Shown here: piece after piece, positions 1-12,340 of the stretch
Layout of the letters: every line of letters starts with the position of its first letter
Numbering within the stretch: position 1 is the stretch's first letter
DNA from: Dendrobates tinctorius
Taxonomy: Eukaryota
NCBI RefSeq assembly: GCF_039654945.1
Contig: NW_027361673.1
Location: 11,594,001-11,658,000 of the forward strand
DNA: 64,000 bases
Reading direction: 5' to 3'
The notes under the pieces: model-generated
Told to the model about the DNA's origin: nothing
What the model saw: only the letters and a program-made list of their open reading frames with translations
Database searches by the model: none
Translations under genes and position numbers: made by a program

Positions 1-114
1 CACGCTCCTCTCTCAGTACCGTGTAACGGCTGTTATCACGGCCAAATTGAAGCTATCTATGTGTGTGACTCTGTAAGGAAAAGTCGAGGAGTTTGTCCGT
101 TCTTACAGACCTAC

Positions 115-800
115 ACTCTAGGGAGATTCCAATTCTGCCCAATTCTATATACACCTTGTAGTTAGTCATACACTAGGCAATTTCTGCCTGTCACATTGCG
201 GTGTAATCTGTCCTGGGCCAGAGACAGTAGTTCAGCGTCCTCCAATCTACAGTGAGATTCAAATTCTCACCAATACTCTATACAGCTTTTGCCTTCTCAT
301 ACACCAGACAATTTCTGCCTGTCACATAGCGGTGTAATCTATACTGGGCCTGAGACAATAGTTCAGCGTCCTCCACTCTACAGTGAGATTAAAATTCTCA
401 CCAATACTCTATACAGCTTCTGCCTTCTCATACACCAGCCAATTTCTGCCTGTTACATAGCAGTGTAATCTATACTGGGCCTGAGACAATAGTTCAGCGT
501 CCTCCAATCTACATTGAGATTCAAATTCTCACCAATACTCTATACAGCTTTTGCCTTCTCATACACCAGCCAATTTCTGCCTGTCACATAGCGGTGTAAT
601 CTATACTGGGCCTGAGACAATAGTTCAGCGTCCTCCAATCTACATTGAGATTCAAATTCTCACCAATACTCTATACAGCTTCTGCCTTCTCATACACCAG
701 CCAATTTCTGCCTGTCACATTGCGGTGTAATCTATACTGGGCCTGAGACAATAGTTCAGCATCCTCCAATCTACATTGAGATTCAAATTCTCACCAATAC
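115..800. repeat. 131-bp tandem array (hAT 5' subterminal repeats), left part
   Basis: AATTTCTGCCTG recurs at 179, 310, 441, 572 and 703, an exact 131-bp period. Confidence 0.95.
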
Positions 801-1352
801 TGTAGTGAAACCTCCACCAGGGGGAGCTGGTGAGGGAAGAGAGGTTATACACTAAGAGCAGCAACCCTGAGCAGCAGCACAGGTGCCACAGGTAACGAGA
901 GAGAATAGTCAGACGAACCGAGTCAGAAACTGGCAGGAGCAGACGTACCAGAAGGAGCAGCAATACACGTAGTCAAAATACCAAAGCCGAGAGTCAGAAA
1001 GCCAGAACATGAGCACGGGGTCCAAAACGTGAGACAAAATACGTGGTCGGGTACAAGCCAGGGAGTCAGATGCCAGAGAGGGAAAGTAACAGCAGAGACG
1101 AATACCAAGAGACGGGGTCAGAAATCAGTCCGGGTCATACACGTGAATATCAGTCAAAGGCAGGAGGATCACCAGGGTACAAGGGTCAGCGGCTCTAAAC
1201 TGCAAGCTTGAGCTATCACTAACACTGGTCAGCAGGCTGTGAGGGATTGAAATAGCCCAGCTAGCTCCAGAACGAGGCTGAGGAGATTAACCCCCGCATG
1301 ACCAGTCCGGAGTGAAGACAGCAGAAGATAAACTCCGGGCTGGACCATGACA
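801..1352 (-). repeat. 3' LTR (552 bp)
   Basis: TGTAGTG...CATGACA termini; adjacent to the polypurine tract. Confidence 0.95.
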
Positions 1353-1365
1353 GTACCCCCCTCTC
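1353..1365 (-). promoter_or_regulatory. Polypurine tract
   Basis: Minus strand GAGAGGGGGGTAC immediately precedes the TG of the 3' LTR. Confidence 0.9.
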
Positions 1366-4300
1366 AATGGGGGGCCACCGGACCCGCAGGCTTCCCTGGA
1401 TGACGAGCGTGAAAGGCCTGGACCAACCGATCCGCATGGACCGAACGCGCCGGCACCCATGGCCGATCCTCAGGACCGTAACCTTTCCAATGGACCAAGT
1501 ACTGAAGTGAACGACGGAGCATACGAGAATCCACCACCTGTTCCACCTCTTACTCGGTTTGCCCATCTACCATAACAGGCGGCGGGTGCGAGGGAGACTC
1601 GTCAGAGGAAGGCACCGACGGCTTCAGAAGTGCTTTATGGAACACATTAGGAATCCGTAATGACGGAGGCAACCGCAGGCGAAAGACCACAGGATTAATC
1701 ACCTCTAAAATCTCATACGGACAAATAAACTTGGGACCCAACTTAGCAGAGGGAATTCTCAGCCTTATCCCCCACCTAATAAGTCGGCCCCACCGAGCGT
1801 CGTTTATCTGCAAAAAACTTATATTTGCCCTGAGCCTCCCCAATGTTTCTCTGAACTTCCCTCCAAAGCTCCTCCAACCGCAAAAAGGCTGAATCAGCCC
1901 CTGGACACTCCGAATCTAGTCTGGAGAATTCACCAAAATGAGGGTGAAACCCATAGTTGCAGAAGAAAGGAGAAGTACCAGTAGATTGATTGACACGATT
2001 ATTGAAGGCGAATTCCGCCATAGGTATCATAGAGCACCAATCATCCTGTCTGGATGTGACAAGACACCGCAGGATCTGCTCTAAAGACTGATTGGTCCTT
2101 TCAGTCTGACCATTGGTCTCGGGATGGTAGGCCGATGAAAAGGTCAGACTGATGCCCAGCCTTTTACAAAAAGCTCTCCAGAATTTTGACACGAATTGCA
2201 CCCCTCTATCAGACACCACACTGACAGGCACACCATGCAACCGAATCACATGCTCAATGAATAGCTTAGATAAAGTCTCAGCATTAGGAAGGCCCGTTAA
2301 GGGTACAAAATGTGCTTGTTTACTGAACCTATCCACAACTACCCAGATCACGGTTTTGCCATTAGAGGGTGGGAGATCGGTGATAAAATCCATGGACAGG
2401 TGAGTCCACGGTCTATCCGGAATTGGCAGTGGCACCAATTCCCCGGCCGGCCGGTTGTGGGAGGCTTTAGCGCGGGCACAAGTTTCACAGGAGGACACAA
2501 AACTAGTGACGTCAGAAGTCGACGAGGGCCACCAGAACAGCCTAGTGATGGCTTTACGAGTGGCCGAGATTCCTGGATGCCCACTCAGAGCTGAGTCGTG
2601 GAACTCCCGAAGCACCCTTAACCGATACTGGACAGGCACAAAGAGCTTATTTTCAGGTATGGACGGTGGAGCAAGAGATTGGGCCTCACGAATCTCCTGC
2701 TCCAATCTCTGGGACACCAAAGCCACCACCACCCCGCGCTGAAGAATGGAGGAATGAGGCTCCGGAGGCGATACCGGATCAAGGCTGCGAGACAAGGCAT
2801 CCGCCTTCACATTCTTGGAACCTGGTCTGAAAGTGATGGAAAACTGAAATCAGGAAAAAAAAAGTGACCACCTTGCCTGTCTCGGAATCAGACGTTTGGT
2901 GGATTCGATGTAAGACAGATTCTTGTGATCTGTAATGACAGTGATACGATGGACAGCCCCCTCCAAAAAATGCCTCCATTCTTCAAAAGCCAATTTAATG
3001 GCCAACAACTCTCGGTTACCCACATCATAATTCCTTTCAGCAGAGGAAAATTTTTTAGAAAAGAAGGCACAGGGTCTTAAGTTAGTTAATGTGGTGGGCC
3101 CCTGGGACAACACAGCCCCCACTCCTACCTCAGAGGCATCCACTTCTACGATGAATGGTTTAGACAAGTCAGGTTGCACCAGTACCGGAGCAGTCATGAA
3201 ACGTTCTTTTAACAGAGAAAATGCCGCCACAGCTGGAGCTGACCAGGTTTTAAGATCCGCTCCCTTTTGGGTGAGATCAGTGAGGGGTTTGACCACTTGA
3301 GAGAACCCCTTGATGAATTTTCTGTAATAATTGGCGAAACCCAGAAATCGCTGAAGACCCTTGAGATCTCTGGGTTGCACCCAATCCACAATGGCCTGTA
3401 CCTTCCTAGGGTCCATACGAAACCCCTCAGCGGACAGGATGACCCCTAGAAAGGACACTTCTTGAGTAAAAAATGAACACTTCTCCAATTTGGCAAAGAG
3501 TGAGTTCTCCCTGAGCCTCTGGAGAACCGCATGAAGATGACCCATATGACTTTGTCTATCAGAAGAATATATAAGTATATCGTCAAGATAAACAACTACA
3601 AAACGTCCAATAAAATCAGAAAAAACATGGTTAATGAAATTCTGGAATTCCGCTGGTGCGGTAGTCAAACCGAAGGGCATAACCAAATTTTCAAACCGAC
3701 CCTCAGAGGTGAGAAATGCAGTTTTCCATTCATCCCCCTCCCGCATACGGATGAGATTGTATGCTCCCCTGAGGTCCAACTTAGAGAACCACCTGGCCCC
3801 CGACAATTGATTGTACAAATCAGGTATCAGTGGGAGAGGGTAAGCGTTTCTTATGGTTATTTTATTCAGTTCTCGAAAATCGAGGCATGGGCGTAAACCA
3901 CCATCCTTCTTTTTTACAAAAAAGAACCCCGCTGCCACGGGAGAGACAGATGGCCGTATATGCCCTTTACGGAGGCTCTCAGAGATATATTCCTTCATAG
4001 CAGCCCGCTCAGGGCCGGAGAGATTGTACAGCCGGGCTTTGGGCAATTTGGCACCGGGAACAAGATCCACGGCACAATCGAATGGGCGGTGTGGTGGTAG
4101 AACCTCAGCCTCCTTTTCGGAGAACACATCCTTAAAACCCTTTAGGTACTCCGGAATACCCTCCAGGTTGACGGATGACATAGACACAGTAGCAAGACAA
4201 TTTTCAGAACACCCAGGTCCCCATTTAACAATATCCCGGTACCCCCAGTCAATAACTGGGTTATGCCGTTGCAACCAGGGAAACCCTAACACCAGGCCAG

Positions 4301-5542
4301 CAGGGAGGTTATCCAAAACAAAGCATGACATGCGCTCCTGGTGTAGGGCCCCCACCCTGAGGGTAAATTCTTTAGAACTGAAATGGAGACCATCCTTAGT
4401 GAGAGGTGTAGAATCAATAGCCACAATTTTTAAGGGAGTCCCCAACCTAACTGTTCCTAATCTACAGCGAGCCACCAGCTTAGAGTCAATCAGGTTCAGG
4501 GATGATCCACAGTCTACAAAAGCCGAAGTATGGAAAAAGCCGTTCTCAACACCAAGTTCCACCTTTAGAAGTACTCTTGAATAGGAAGAAAAGGGTACCT
4601 GAGAGTCTGGGTGACCTCCACGATTATCACCCAGACTCAGCCGCTTGTTAGTCGGAGGACAGGAGGGGCAGTCTTTTTTCCAATGTCCGGGATCTCCGCA
4701 GTAAAAACACAATTTTCCATCACGTCACCGTCTCCTCTCTTTCTCCTGGGGGTTGGTTGCTCCCACCTCCATAGGTTCAGATGGAAGCAAAACATCAGGG
4801 TTAGCAGGGAAAAACGGAACCCCTCGCTGAGTAACACCTCTCTCCCGCAGTCTCCGATCCATACGGATAGCCTGACTCATAGCCTCCTCCAATGAACTGG
4901 GAGGTGGATGGAGAGCCAGAGCGTCCTTCAAGCAATCCGACAGTCCCTTCCTGAACAGACATCTCAGTGCAGAGTCGTCCCAGGACACCACAGTGGACCA
5001 TCGACGGAATTCGGAGCTGTACCATTCGGCTGAGTGCTTCCCTTGCCCCAGACGCAAAATAGTGTCCTCTGCCACCCTAAAACGGTCCGGTTCATCATAG
5101 ATAAGTCCTAGGACCTCAAAGAACCTATCTACCGACATCCGTTCAGGGGCAGTAGGGGGCAACGAAAAAGCCTAGGATTGGGCACCCTCCCTAAGTAAGG
5201 AGATAACAATCCCCACCCGCTGAGTCTCATCCCCAGACGATCGGGGTCTAAGAGAAAACCATAATTTACAACTCTCCTTGAATATATGAAATTTATCTTT
5301 TTCGCCAGAAAATGTGTCAGGAAGTTTAACTGAGGGTTCAGGAGAGTGCAAAATAACATCTACAGAGTCACCTGGTGGAAAACAATATGAGAGGTGTTTC
5401 CCTGCATGGTCTTAATAGCCTCAGTCAGTTCTTTCTGTAAGTGGGTCTGAGACATGACAAGGGACTGATGATTCAGAGAAAAGTCCTGCGCCATCTGCGT
5501 CAAACTGGACACTTGATCTGCCAAGTTATGCAGCAGATCCAT
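1364..5542 (-). pseudogene. gag-pol polyprotein (Gag, zinc knuckle, protease, RT, RNase H, integrase, chromodomain), broken by stops and frameshifts
   Basis: Motifs: CFYCGDPGHWKKDC knuckle; FVDCGS protease; YLDDIL RT; VEVDAS...ELLA RNase H; H..H..CETC plus MDF/SDRG/TERTN integrase; YLVHWKGYGPEDRPW chromodomain. In-frame stops at 4725 and 1550; frameshifts near 2855, 1780 and in gag. Confidence 0.95.
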
Positions 5543-5581
5543 GGCCAAAGAAAAAAATGCAAAATCCCGTTTAAATGTGAG

Positions 5582-5592
5582 GTTAGTGATAA
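5582..5592 (-). promoter_or_regulatory. Self-priming primer binding site (no tRNA-type TGG)
   Basis: Minus strand TTATCACTAAC directly follows the 5' LTR and is complementary to GTTAGTGATAG inside the LTR (5999-6009). Confidence 0.8.
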
Positions 5593-6134
5593 TGTAGTGA
5601 AACCTCCACCAGGGGGAGCTGGTGAGGGAAGAGAGGTTATACACAGCAACCCTGAGCAACAGCACAGGTGCCACAGGTAACGAGAGAGAATAGTCAGATG
5701 AACCGAGTCAGAAACTAGCAGGAGCAGACGTACCAGAAGGAGCAGCAATACACGTAGTCAAAATACCAAAGCCGAGAGTCAGAAAGCCAGAACATGAGCG
5801 CGGGGTCCAAAACGTGAGACAAAATACGTGGTCGGGGTACAAGCCAGGGAGTCAGATGCCAGAGAGGGAAAGTAACAGCAGAGACGAATACCAAGAGACG
5901 GGGTCAGAAATCAGTCCGGGTCATACACGTGAATATCAGTCAAAGGCAGGAGGATCACCAGGGTACAAGGGTCAGCGGCTCTAAACTGCAAGCTTGAGCT
6001 ATCACTAACACTGGTCAGCAGGCTATGAGGGATTGAAATAGCCCAGCTAGCTCCAGAACGAGGCTGAGGAGATTAACCCCTGCATGACCAGTCCGGAGTG
6101 AAGACAGCAGAAGATAAACTCTGGACTGGACCAT
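5593..6134 (-). repeat. 5' LTR (outer terminal GACA lost)
   Basis: Matches 801-1348 with about 8 substitutions and 2 indels by manual alignment. Confidence 0.95.
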
Positions 6135-6415
6135 ACTATATACAGCTTTTGCCTTCTCATACACTAAAAAAAATTTCTGCCTGTCACATAGCGGTGTAAT
6201 CTATACTGGGCCTGAGACAATAGTTCAGCGTCCTCCAATCTACATTGAGATTCAAATTCTCACCAATACTCTATAGAGCTTTTGCCTTCTCATACACCAG
6301 CCAATTTCTGCCTGTCACATAGTGGTGTAATCTATACTGGGCCTGAGATAATAGTTCGGCGTCCTCCTATCTACAGTGAGATTCAAATTCTCACCAATAC
6401 TCTATAGACCCTTTA
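6135..6415. repeat. 131-bp tandem array, right part
   Basis: The same unit resumes at the point where the retrotransposon interrupts it. Confidence 0.9.
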
Positions 6416-6470
6416 CCTTGTTTTACAGTACCATATAGCTGTTGTTATTTTGGGTACCTTTTTCAAAAAA

Positions 6471-9400
6471 ATGAAGAAGTATGGTGGAAGAGGCCGTGGA
6501 AGTGGGCGGGGGTTGCCAGCTGGTCCTGATGGTGGTGTTGGTGGTGGTGCTTCTGCTGGTTGTGGCAAAAGCACAATATACCTAAGGCAGGAGGTGGTGA
6601 GCCGGCGTCATTGTCTGGCTCCACAAGACCTTGTAGGCTCCCTTTTTTGGGAGTAGGTAAACCGCTTTTAAAGCCGGAGCTTCAGGAACAAGTTTTAGCT
6701 TACATTGCTGACACAGCCTCCAGCTCTATCGCCTCCTCTTTTGAAGTTTCAAAAAATAAAAGCACTGCGTCGTCAGTGGAGGCTCCTGGTCAGGAACAAC
6801 ACCTTTCCTTGTGTCCTTCACCCCTACCATAAGTGAAGGATGCGGCAGACACACTACAGATTACTCCATGGAGCTCTTTTCTCATACCATGCCTGGGTTA
6901 TCAAGTCAAATCGTGAATTCCCCAGTCCAAGATGAATCTGACATGGAGTGCACTGATGCACAGCCACTGCTAGATTTATCTGCTGGTACATTCACTCAGA
7001 GCACTACATTGTCCTCGCAGTGTACTGAGCCAGAATCTGACCCTGATCAAACTCAGGTGCCCCTTCCCGCATACTATACCACCATACATGGTGACACAGA
7101 GGAAGGTGCACATGACATTGAAGAGGAGGTGATGGATGACCCAGTTGTTGACCCAGATTGGCATCCTTTGGGGGAAGAGGGTGCCGCTGCCAATAGCTCA
7201 GAAGAGGAGGAGGAGCATCCACAGCGGGCATCGACATCGCAACAGCTGTTATCTGGCAGGCCCGGAGCAGTCCAAAAACGGGTTACAAAAAGCAAAAGAG
7301 TTGCAGGACAGCTTGGCCAGACGGTCAAAATAGCACAACGTGCAAGGCCTCAAAATGTCTTCCATAGTAGGAAGAGTGCAGCGTGGCACTTTTTTAAACA
7401 AAATCCTAATGATCAGGCAAAGGTTATCTGTAAGAAGTGCGCAAAGACCTTTAGCCGAGGGAAAAATCGGAGAAATTTGAATACCAGTTGCATGCGTAGA
7501 CATTTAACCACCATGCACTTGCAAGCGTGGACGGACTACCAAACCTCACGTACCACATGTGCAACTGCTCCCAAAGAAGGTAGTCAGCAACGCTACATTA
7601 TTTCCCCCACTGTAAGTCCACCATTTAGCACACCACCAGCAGCAAATGTTAAGGTGTCGTCGCAAGGCCAAAGCAGTCAGGGAATCACAATGTTATATCA
7701 ACGAAAGACTGAATCTAGGCCATCAGAAAGAACACCAACTCCATCACCATCATCAACCTCTCTCAGTCCGCCATGTCCACCGCTAGTTCCACCATATGCA
7801 GCTCTCAAGTCCAGCTCTCCTTACCAGAGACTATGAGTAGGACAAGAAAGTACTCATCCTCTCATCCGCGTACACTGGGTTTGAACGCCCACATTGCCAA
7901 ACTAATCTCGTTAGAGATGATGCCCTACCGGTTGGTTGAAAGCGCAGCTTTCCGCGAACTCATGGCCTACGCAGTACCACGCTATGACCTACCCAGTCGC
8001 CACTTCTTTTCTCGCAAAGCCATCCCAGCCCTCCACCTTCATGTGAAAGACCACATTGTCCATGCACTCAAGCAATCAGTGAGTGGAAAGGTGCACCTCA
8101 CAACTGATGCATGGTCCAGTAGGCATGGCCAGGACCGTTACGTGTCCATCATTGCGCACTGGGTTAATGTGGTGGATGCAGGGTCCACAGGGGGCAGTGG
8201 TGGTGGGACAGTGCTGCCTAGCCCATGGTATAGGAGGCAGTTGGCTGTAGGCGTTCGACCCTCCTCCTCCAGAAGCGAAAGCTCATCCACAGAGCGCAGT
8301 CGCATGAGCACTCCATCCGCAGCTGCCAGTGTTGCACACAAGGTGTCCCCCTATCAATCAGCTAGTGGAAAGCGTCAGCAGGCTGTGTTGCAGATGATGT
8401 GTTTGGGCAACAGACACACCGCGGAGGTACTGGCCGACTACTTTGAGCGACAAACCGAGTCATGGCTGGGCAGTCTACATCTTGAGGCAGGCAAGGTAGT
8501 TAGTGATAACGGCCGGAATTTTTAGGCAGCCATAGCCCTTTCAAAACTCAGACACATACCTTGCTTGGCTCACACCTTGAACCTGGTGGTGCAGTGCTTC
8601 CTCAAAAATTATCCGGAGTTAACAGGCCTGCTCCATAAGGTTCAAAGACTGTGCTCACACATCCGCCAGTCGCCGGTACACTCCAGTCGTATGCAGAAGC
8701 TGCGATTGCTCCACCTTCCCAAGCACCTCCTAATTATCGACGTTGCAACAAGGTGGAACTCCACCCTGCACATGGTTGAGCGGCTGTGCGAACAGAGGCA
8801 GGCCGCAATGCATTTGTGGGAGGATACACGGGCAGGCACTTTGAGGGCAGACATGGAGTTGACAGGTGTGCAGTGGTCAAAGCTGAAAGACCTCTGTAAA
8901 ATCTTTCAGTGTTTTGAGGAATGCACACGGCTGGTAAGCGCAGACGATGCCATCATAAGCATGAGCATCCCACTTTTGCGTCTGCTCATGCAAAATTTGA
9001 CGCACATTAAGGAGCAGGCGTCTGCAGCCGAGGTAGATGAGGAGGAAGAGGAGGAGGGAATCCTTGATGACAGTCAGCCATTGTCTGCTCCGGGACCTCT
9101 CCTGGACGAGGTGGAGGAAGAAGAGGAAGAGGAGGAGGAGGAGGATGATGATGGGGATGATTATTTAGGGGAGGAGGATGCTTCTCGTGGGGCAAGAGAA
9201 AATGCTGGCGTGGCAAGGCTTGTACAGGGTTTGTGCGTGACTGGAGGGATGTGGATTTGCCAGAAAGTGCTCCTCCACCCAGCACTCGCAGTGCATCATT
9301 GACACCGGGAACATTGGCCCACATGTCAGATTATGCCTTGCAGATCCTAAAAAGGGACCCCCGCATTGCCAAAATGATGAACGATGATGACTACTGGTTG

Positions 9401-10021
9401 GCCAGCATCCTGGATCCACGCTATAAAGGCAAATTCCAAAACATAATGCCACAGGAGAACCTTGACCTAATATTGGCTAACAAACAAGCAACTCTGGTAA
9501 ACCGGTTGGTTGAGGCATTTCCAGCACACAGCAACGGTGATGGTTCTCACACGAGCCGTAGGGGCCGGGGGCAGCTTGGAAGAGGTGTCCATGGTGCACA
9601 CATCAGAAGTGGCGTTGGTGACAGGGGTTTCATGACCATGTTGTGGACTGATTTTTCAAGTCCCGCTCACACAACTGGTAATACTGCATCAATTGAAAGT
9701 GACAGGAGACAGCAGATGTCAACTATGGTTACAAACTACTTCTCGTCCCATATCAATGTTCTCCCGCACAGGTCATTCCCATTTGACTATTCGGCCGCTA
9801 AACAGGACACCTGGCCTTAATTGGCACAATATGCCTTACAGGAGCTCGCTTGCCCAGCTGCAAGTGTGCTCTCAGAAAGAGTCTTCAGTGCAGCTGGATC
9901 AATCCTGACAGAAAAATGGACCCGTCTGTCGATCCAAAATGTGGATGATCTAACCTTCATTAAAATGAACCATGCATGGGTTTCCAAGGATTTTGTCCCA
10001 CCTTCCCTTGATGACACCTAG
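6471..10021 (+). pseudogene. hAT transposase (BED zinc finger, DDE core, C-terminal dimerisation domain), disrupted
   Basis: BED finger WHFF...CKKC...RRHLTTMH; motifs LTTDAWS, VSDNG, AHTLNL, TRWNST, LDPRYK, SVLSERVFSAAG. Split over several frames, with stops near 8523 and 9818. Confidence 0.93.
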
Positions 10022-10215
10022 GTTGCCAGAAAAATGACTTGCTTTGGTCCTCCTCTTCCTCGCACTTGCCCAATTTCGCCTTTTGCAGCAGCTGAATGTC
10101 CAACATCAACATATGCCATTTTGTAAACCTCCCTAACTGGGCTGCCCCCCCCATGGCTGGGGTCACCACCTAGCGCACCCAACCGTGTGAGTGCCGTTGC
10201 CCTGGACAGGTGGGT

Positions 10216-10364
10216 GGGCCGACTCTTGGGCGCGGGCACTGGCACAGGGTCCCTCATAGTGCAATCAAGTGTCTCTGACGGTGGGGGTGCACACCCGCCG
10301 TCAGACACACCGCCGTACTGTGAGGTGCCCAGTGCCAGTACCGACACCCATGAGTGTGCCCCCC
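10216..10364. other. Long imperfect GC-rich hairpin 3' of the hAT transposase
   Basis: GGCACTGGCAC...CCTCATAGT pairs with ACTGTGAGG...GTGCCAGTACC; inner stem TGACGGTGGG/CCCGCCGTCA. Confidence 0.75.
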
Positions 10365-11009
10365 TTGCTTGGGCAGGGCCACAGCATTTGCAATGTTTAC
10401 CTCTCCCTGCTCCTCCGCTGTGTAGTCTGGGCTGTCAAATCCTTCACTGGGACTGCCACTACAAATTTGTTGAACTGATAGATGATGGTTAAGATGTAGC
10501 TATGCCCTGTCCCGCTGGCCGGGCTCTAGCTTCAGATGATCAATGGCTACCATTTCTTATGGACATCGACTCACAGTGACATGCAGTGGTGGTTTATCAT
10601 CAGCTTTCACAGTTTTCCTACTCACAGACGCGTGACATTCTGGCGCACATTTTTAAATGTGCCCTCTCATGCCAATCCCATAGAATCGCCTACGGCCTGT
10701 GACTTCTGTCTTTTGCACTCCAAAGTTACGTGACAGATCATGATAGGCAGTGAGCAACATGTTTACATCTCTCCCTGTGATTAAAATTTGATGGAGATGA
10801 GTAGCGCTGATGGGATCAACGGTACTGCGATACAGCAACACTTTCTTCATAAAGTTATGTTTTCGCTGTCTCCACACACAAATTAATTGAGGGTCAGCAT
10901 CGCCTCAGAGAATTGTGACTGCAGTTTTTCCCGTGATTGTTAATTCCTAGATTTCTTCAATCACTAGACTTTATGTCAGTAATTGTATGCATCTCATTTC
11001 CTATGTCGG

Positions 11010-11645
11010 AGAGGCTGGACTGTCTTACTGAGACAGAAATATATATGAAGATTTAAAAATACCACCAAAATTGTATACTGGTGTACGCTTCAAAAACATT
11101 TCCTTTATTTTACTTTTTAGATTGTTGTCTAATCCATACTGAGAACACGGAGATTTTAAATGTTTAAACTATGCTATATATACCTGCTATCCAGTGATAA
11201 TGTATGATTTCTCACCTTTGTCCAATCACGTCTAATCCATACTGGGCCTCCTGATCTATAGACATAGGTTTTTAATGTGTAAACTATGCTATACATACCT
11301 GTAATCCGGTGATACGTTACCCTTTCTCACCTTTGTCCAATCACGTCTAATCCATACTGGGCCTGAGACCGTCTGAGCCTACCTCCTAATCTATAGACAT
11401 AGGTTTTTAATATGTAAACTATGCTATACATACCTGTAATCCGGTGATACGTTACCCTTTCTCACCTTTGTCCAATCGCGTCTAATTCATACTGGGCATG
11501 AGACCGTCTGAGCCTGCCTCCTGATCTATAGACATAGGTTTTAAATGTGTAAGCTATGCTACATATATACGTGTTATCCGGTGAAACTGTACCCTTTATC
11601 AACTTTCTACAATGTTGTCGAATCCATACTGGGCCTGAGAACGGC
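11010..11645. repeat. ~135-bp degenerate tandem array (hAT 3' subterminal repeats)
   Basis: CTAATCCATACTG core at about 11129, 11232, 11347, 11482 and 11619. Shares TAATC(C/T)ATACTGGGCCTGAGA with the 131-bp unit. Confidence 0.85.
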
Positions 11646-11704
11646 TGCCGAGCTGTTAAGCAAGCTACAGCACCTGTGGTTTGGACATGTAATCTTTTCA
11701 TTTT

Positions 11705-12340
11705 GTCAGGAATGCAGGTTAGGCCTAATTCCGTAATTGCGGTTGACCTGCACTTACTGGGAAATCATCGTTCGCGGGGAATAATTGGAATCCCAGATCC
11801 CCATCACTAACGTTGTTCAGCGGGTTATCAGCACCTGTAAGTGACAAAAGCTGGTCCTTTCAGTGTAGCGCGCATGCAGCCCCGGACATGTAAGGGCATG
11901 ATAGACCTGTCATTGCTCGATCCCACGTGCCAGAGCCTCGCATATCCCTCTAGTAAGCTTGACGCGTACCGCGGGGGCATGCCGGAGTCTCGGTCGTTAA
12001 CGGAATAAAGCGGAGAAATCGCAAGCACAACTGCAAACGGACATACCACACCACACACAGAAACGACAAAGCTTGCAATCTGTCCATCTTTTCTGTAGTT
12101 TGTATGGTTGTTGTTTCCCGGGTGGAGTCCAATTAAGCCACAGGCTCCACTCCTGGTGGTGCCCTTTTGGACATTCCTTTAAGGTTCAGCTTTGTAATCA
12201 TACCGCCCCCGGAATCCAAACACTTTGCCTTCATGGACGCAGTTTGGAGGTTCGTGGGAATAACGCCGCCCCATCGGCAGTTGGCATAATTTATTGGTGG
12301 GCAGTCCGACGGTATATGATCGTGTTCGATTTCAGAAATT
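11705..12340 (-). pseudogene. Degenerate 18S rRNA gene fragment (3' half, roughly V5-V8)
   Basis: Colinear reverse-complement 18S signatures: GCACTTACTGGGAA, GGGGAATAATTG..ATCCC..ATCCCCATCAC, TCAGTGTAGCGCGC.TGCAGCCCCGGACAT.TAAGGGCAT..AGACCTGT, GCATGCCGGAGTCTCG, AATTAAGCC.CAGGCTCCACTCCTGGTGGTGCCCTT, GGGAATAACGCCGCC, CGACGGTAT.TGATCGT. Confidence 0.92.

Larger units (their letters stand above)
801..6134 (-). mobile_element. Full-length Ty3/Gypsy chromovirus (Tf1/sushi-like) LTR retrotransposon, disabled
   Basis: Two near-identical LTRs enclose gag-PR-RT-RH-IN-chromodomain in Gypsy order. It is inserted mid-unit in the 131-bp array. Confidence 0.97.

Noticed and set aside
3853-4584. 243-aa plus-strand ORF
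   Set aside because: Antisense shadow of the protease/RT region with no recognisable motifs.
1364-5542. Domesticated sushi-derived gene (PEG10/RTL-like)
   Set aside because: Two near-identical LTRs, PPT and PBS are present and the ORF is disrupted.
6471-10021. Domesticated ZBED host gene
   Set aside because: Multiple stops and frameshifts, a transposon-like terminus, and a second deleted copy next to it.
11705-12340. Functional rRNA gene or contaminant rDNA
   Set aside because: Partial, mutated within universally conserved motifs, and embedded in transposon sequence.
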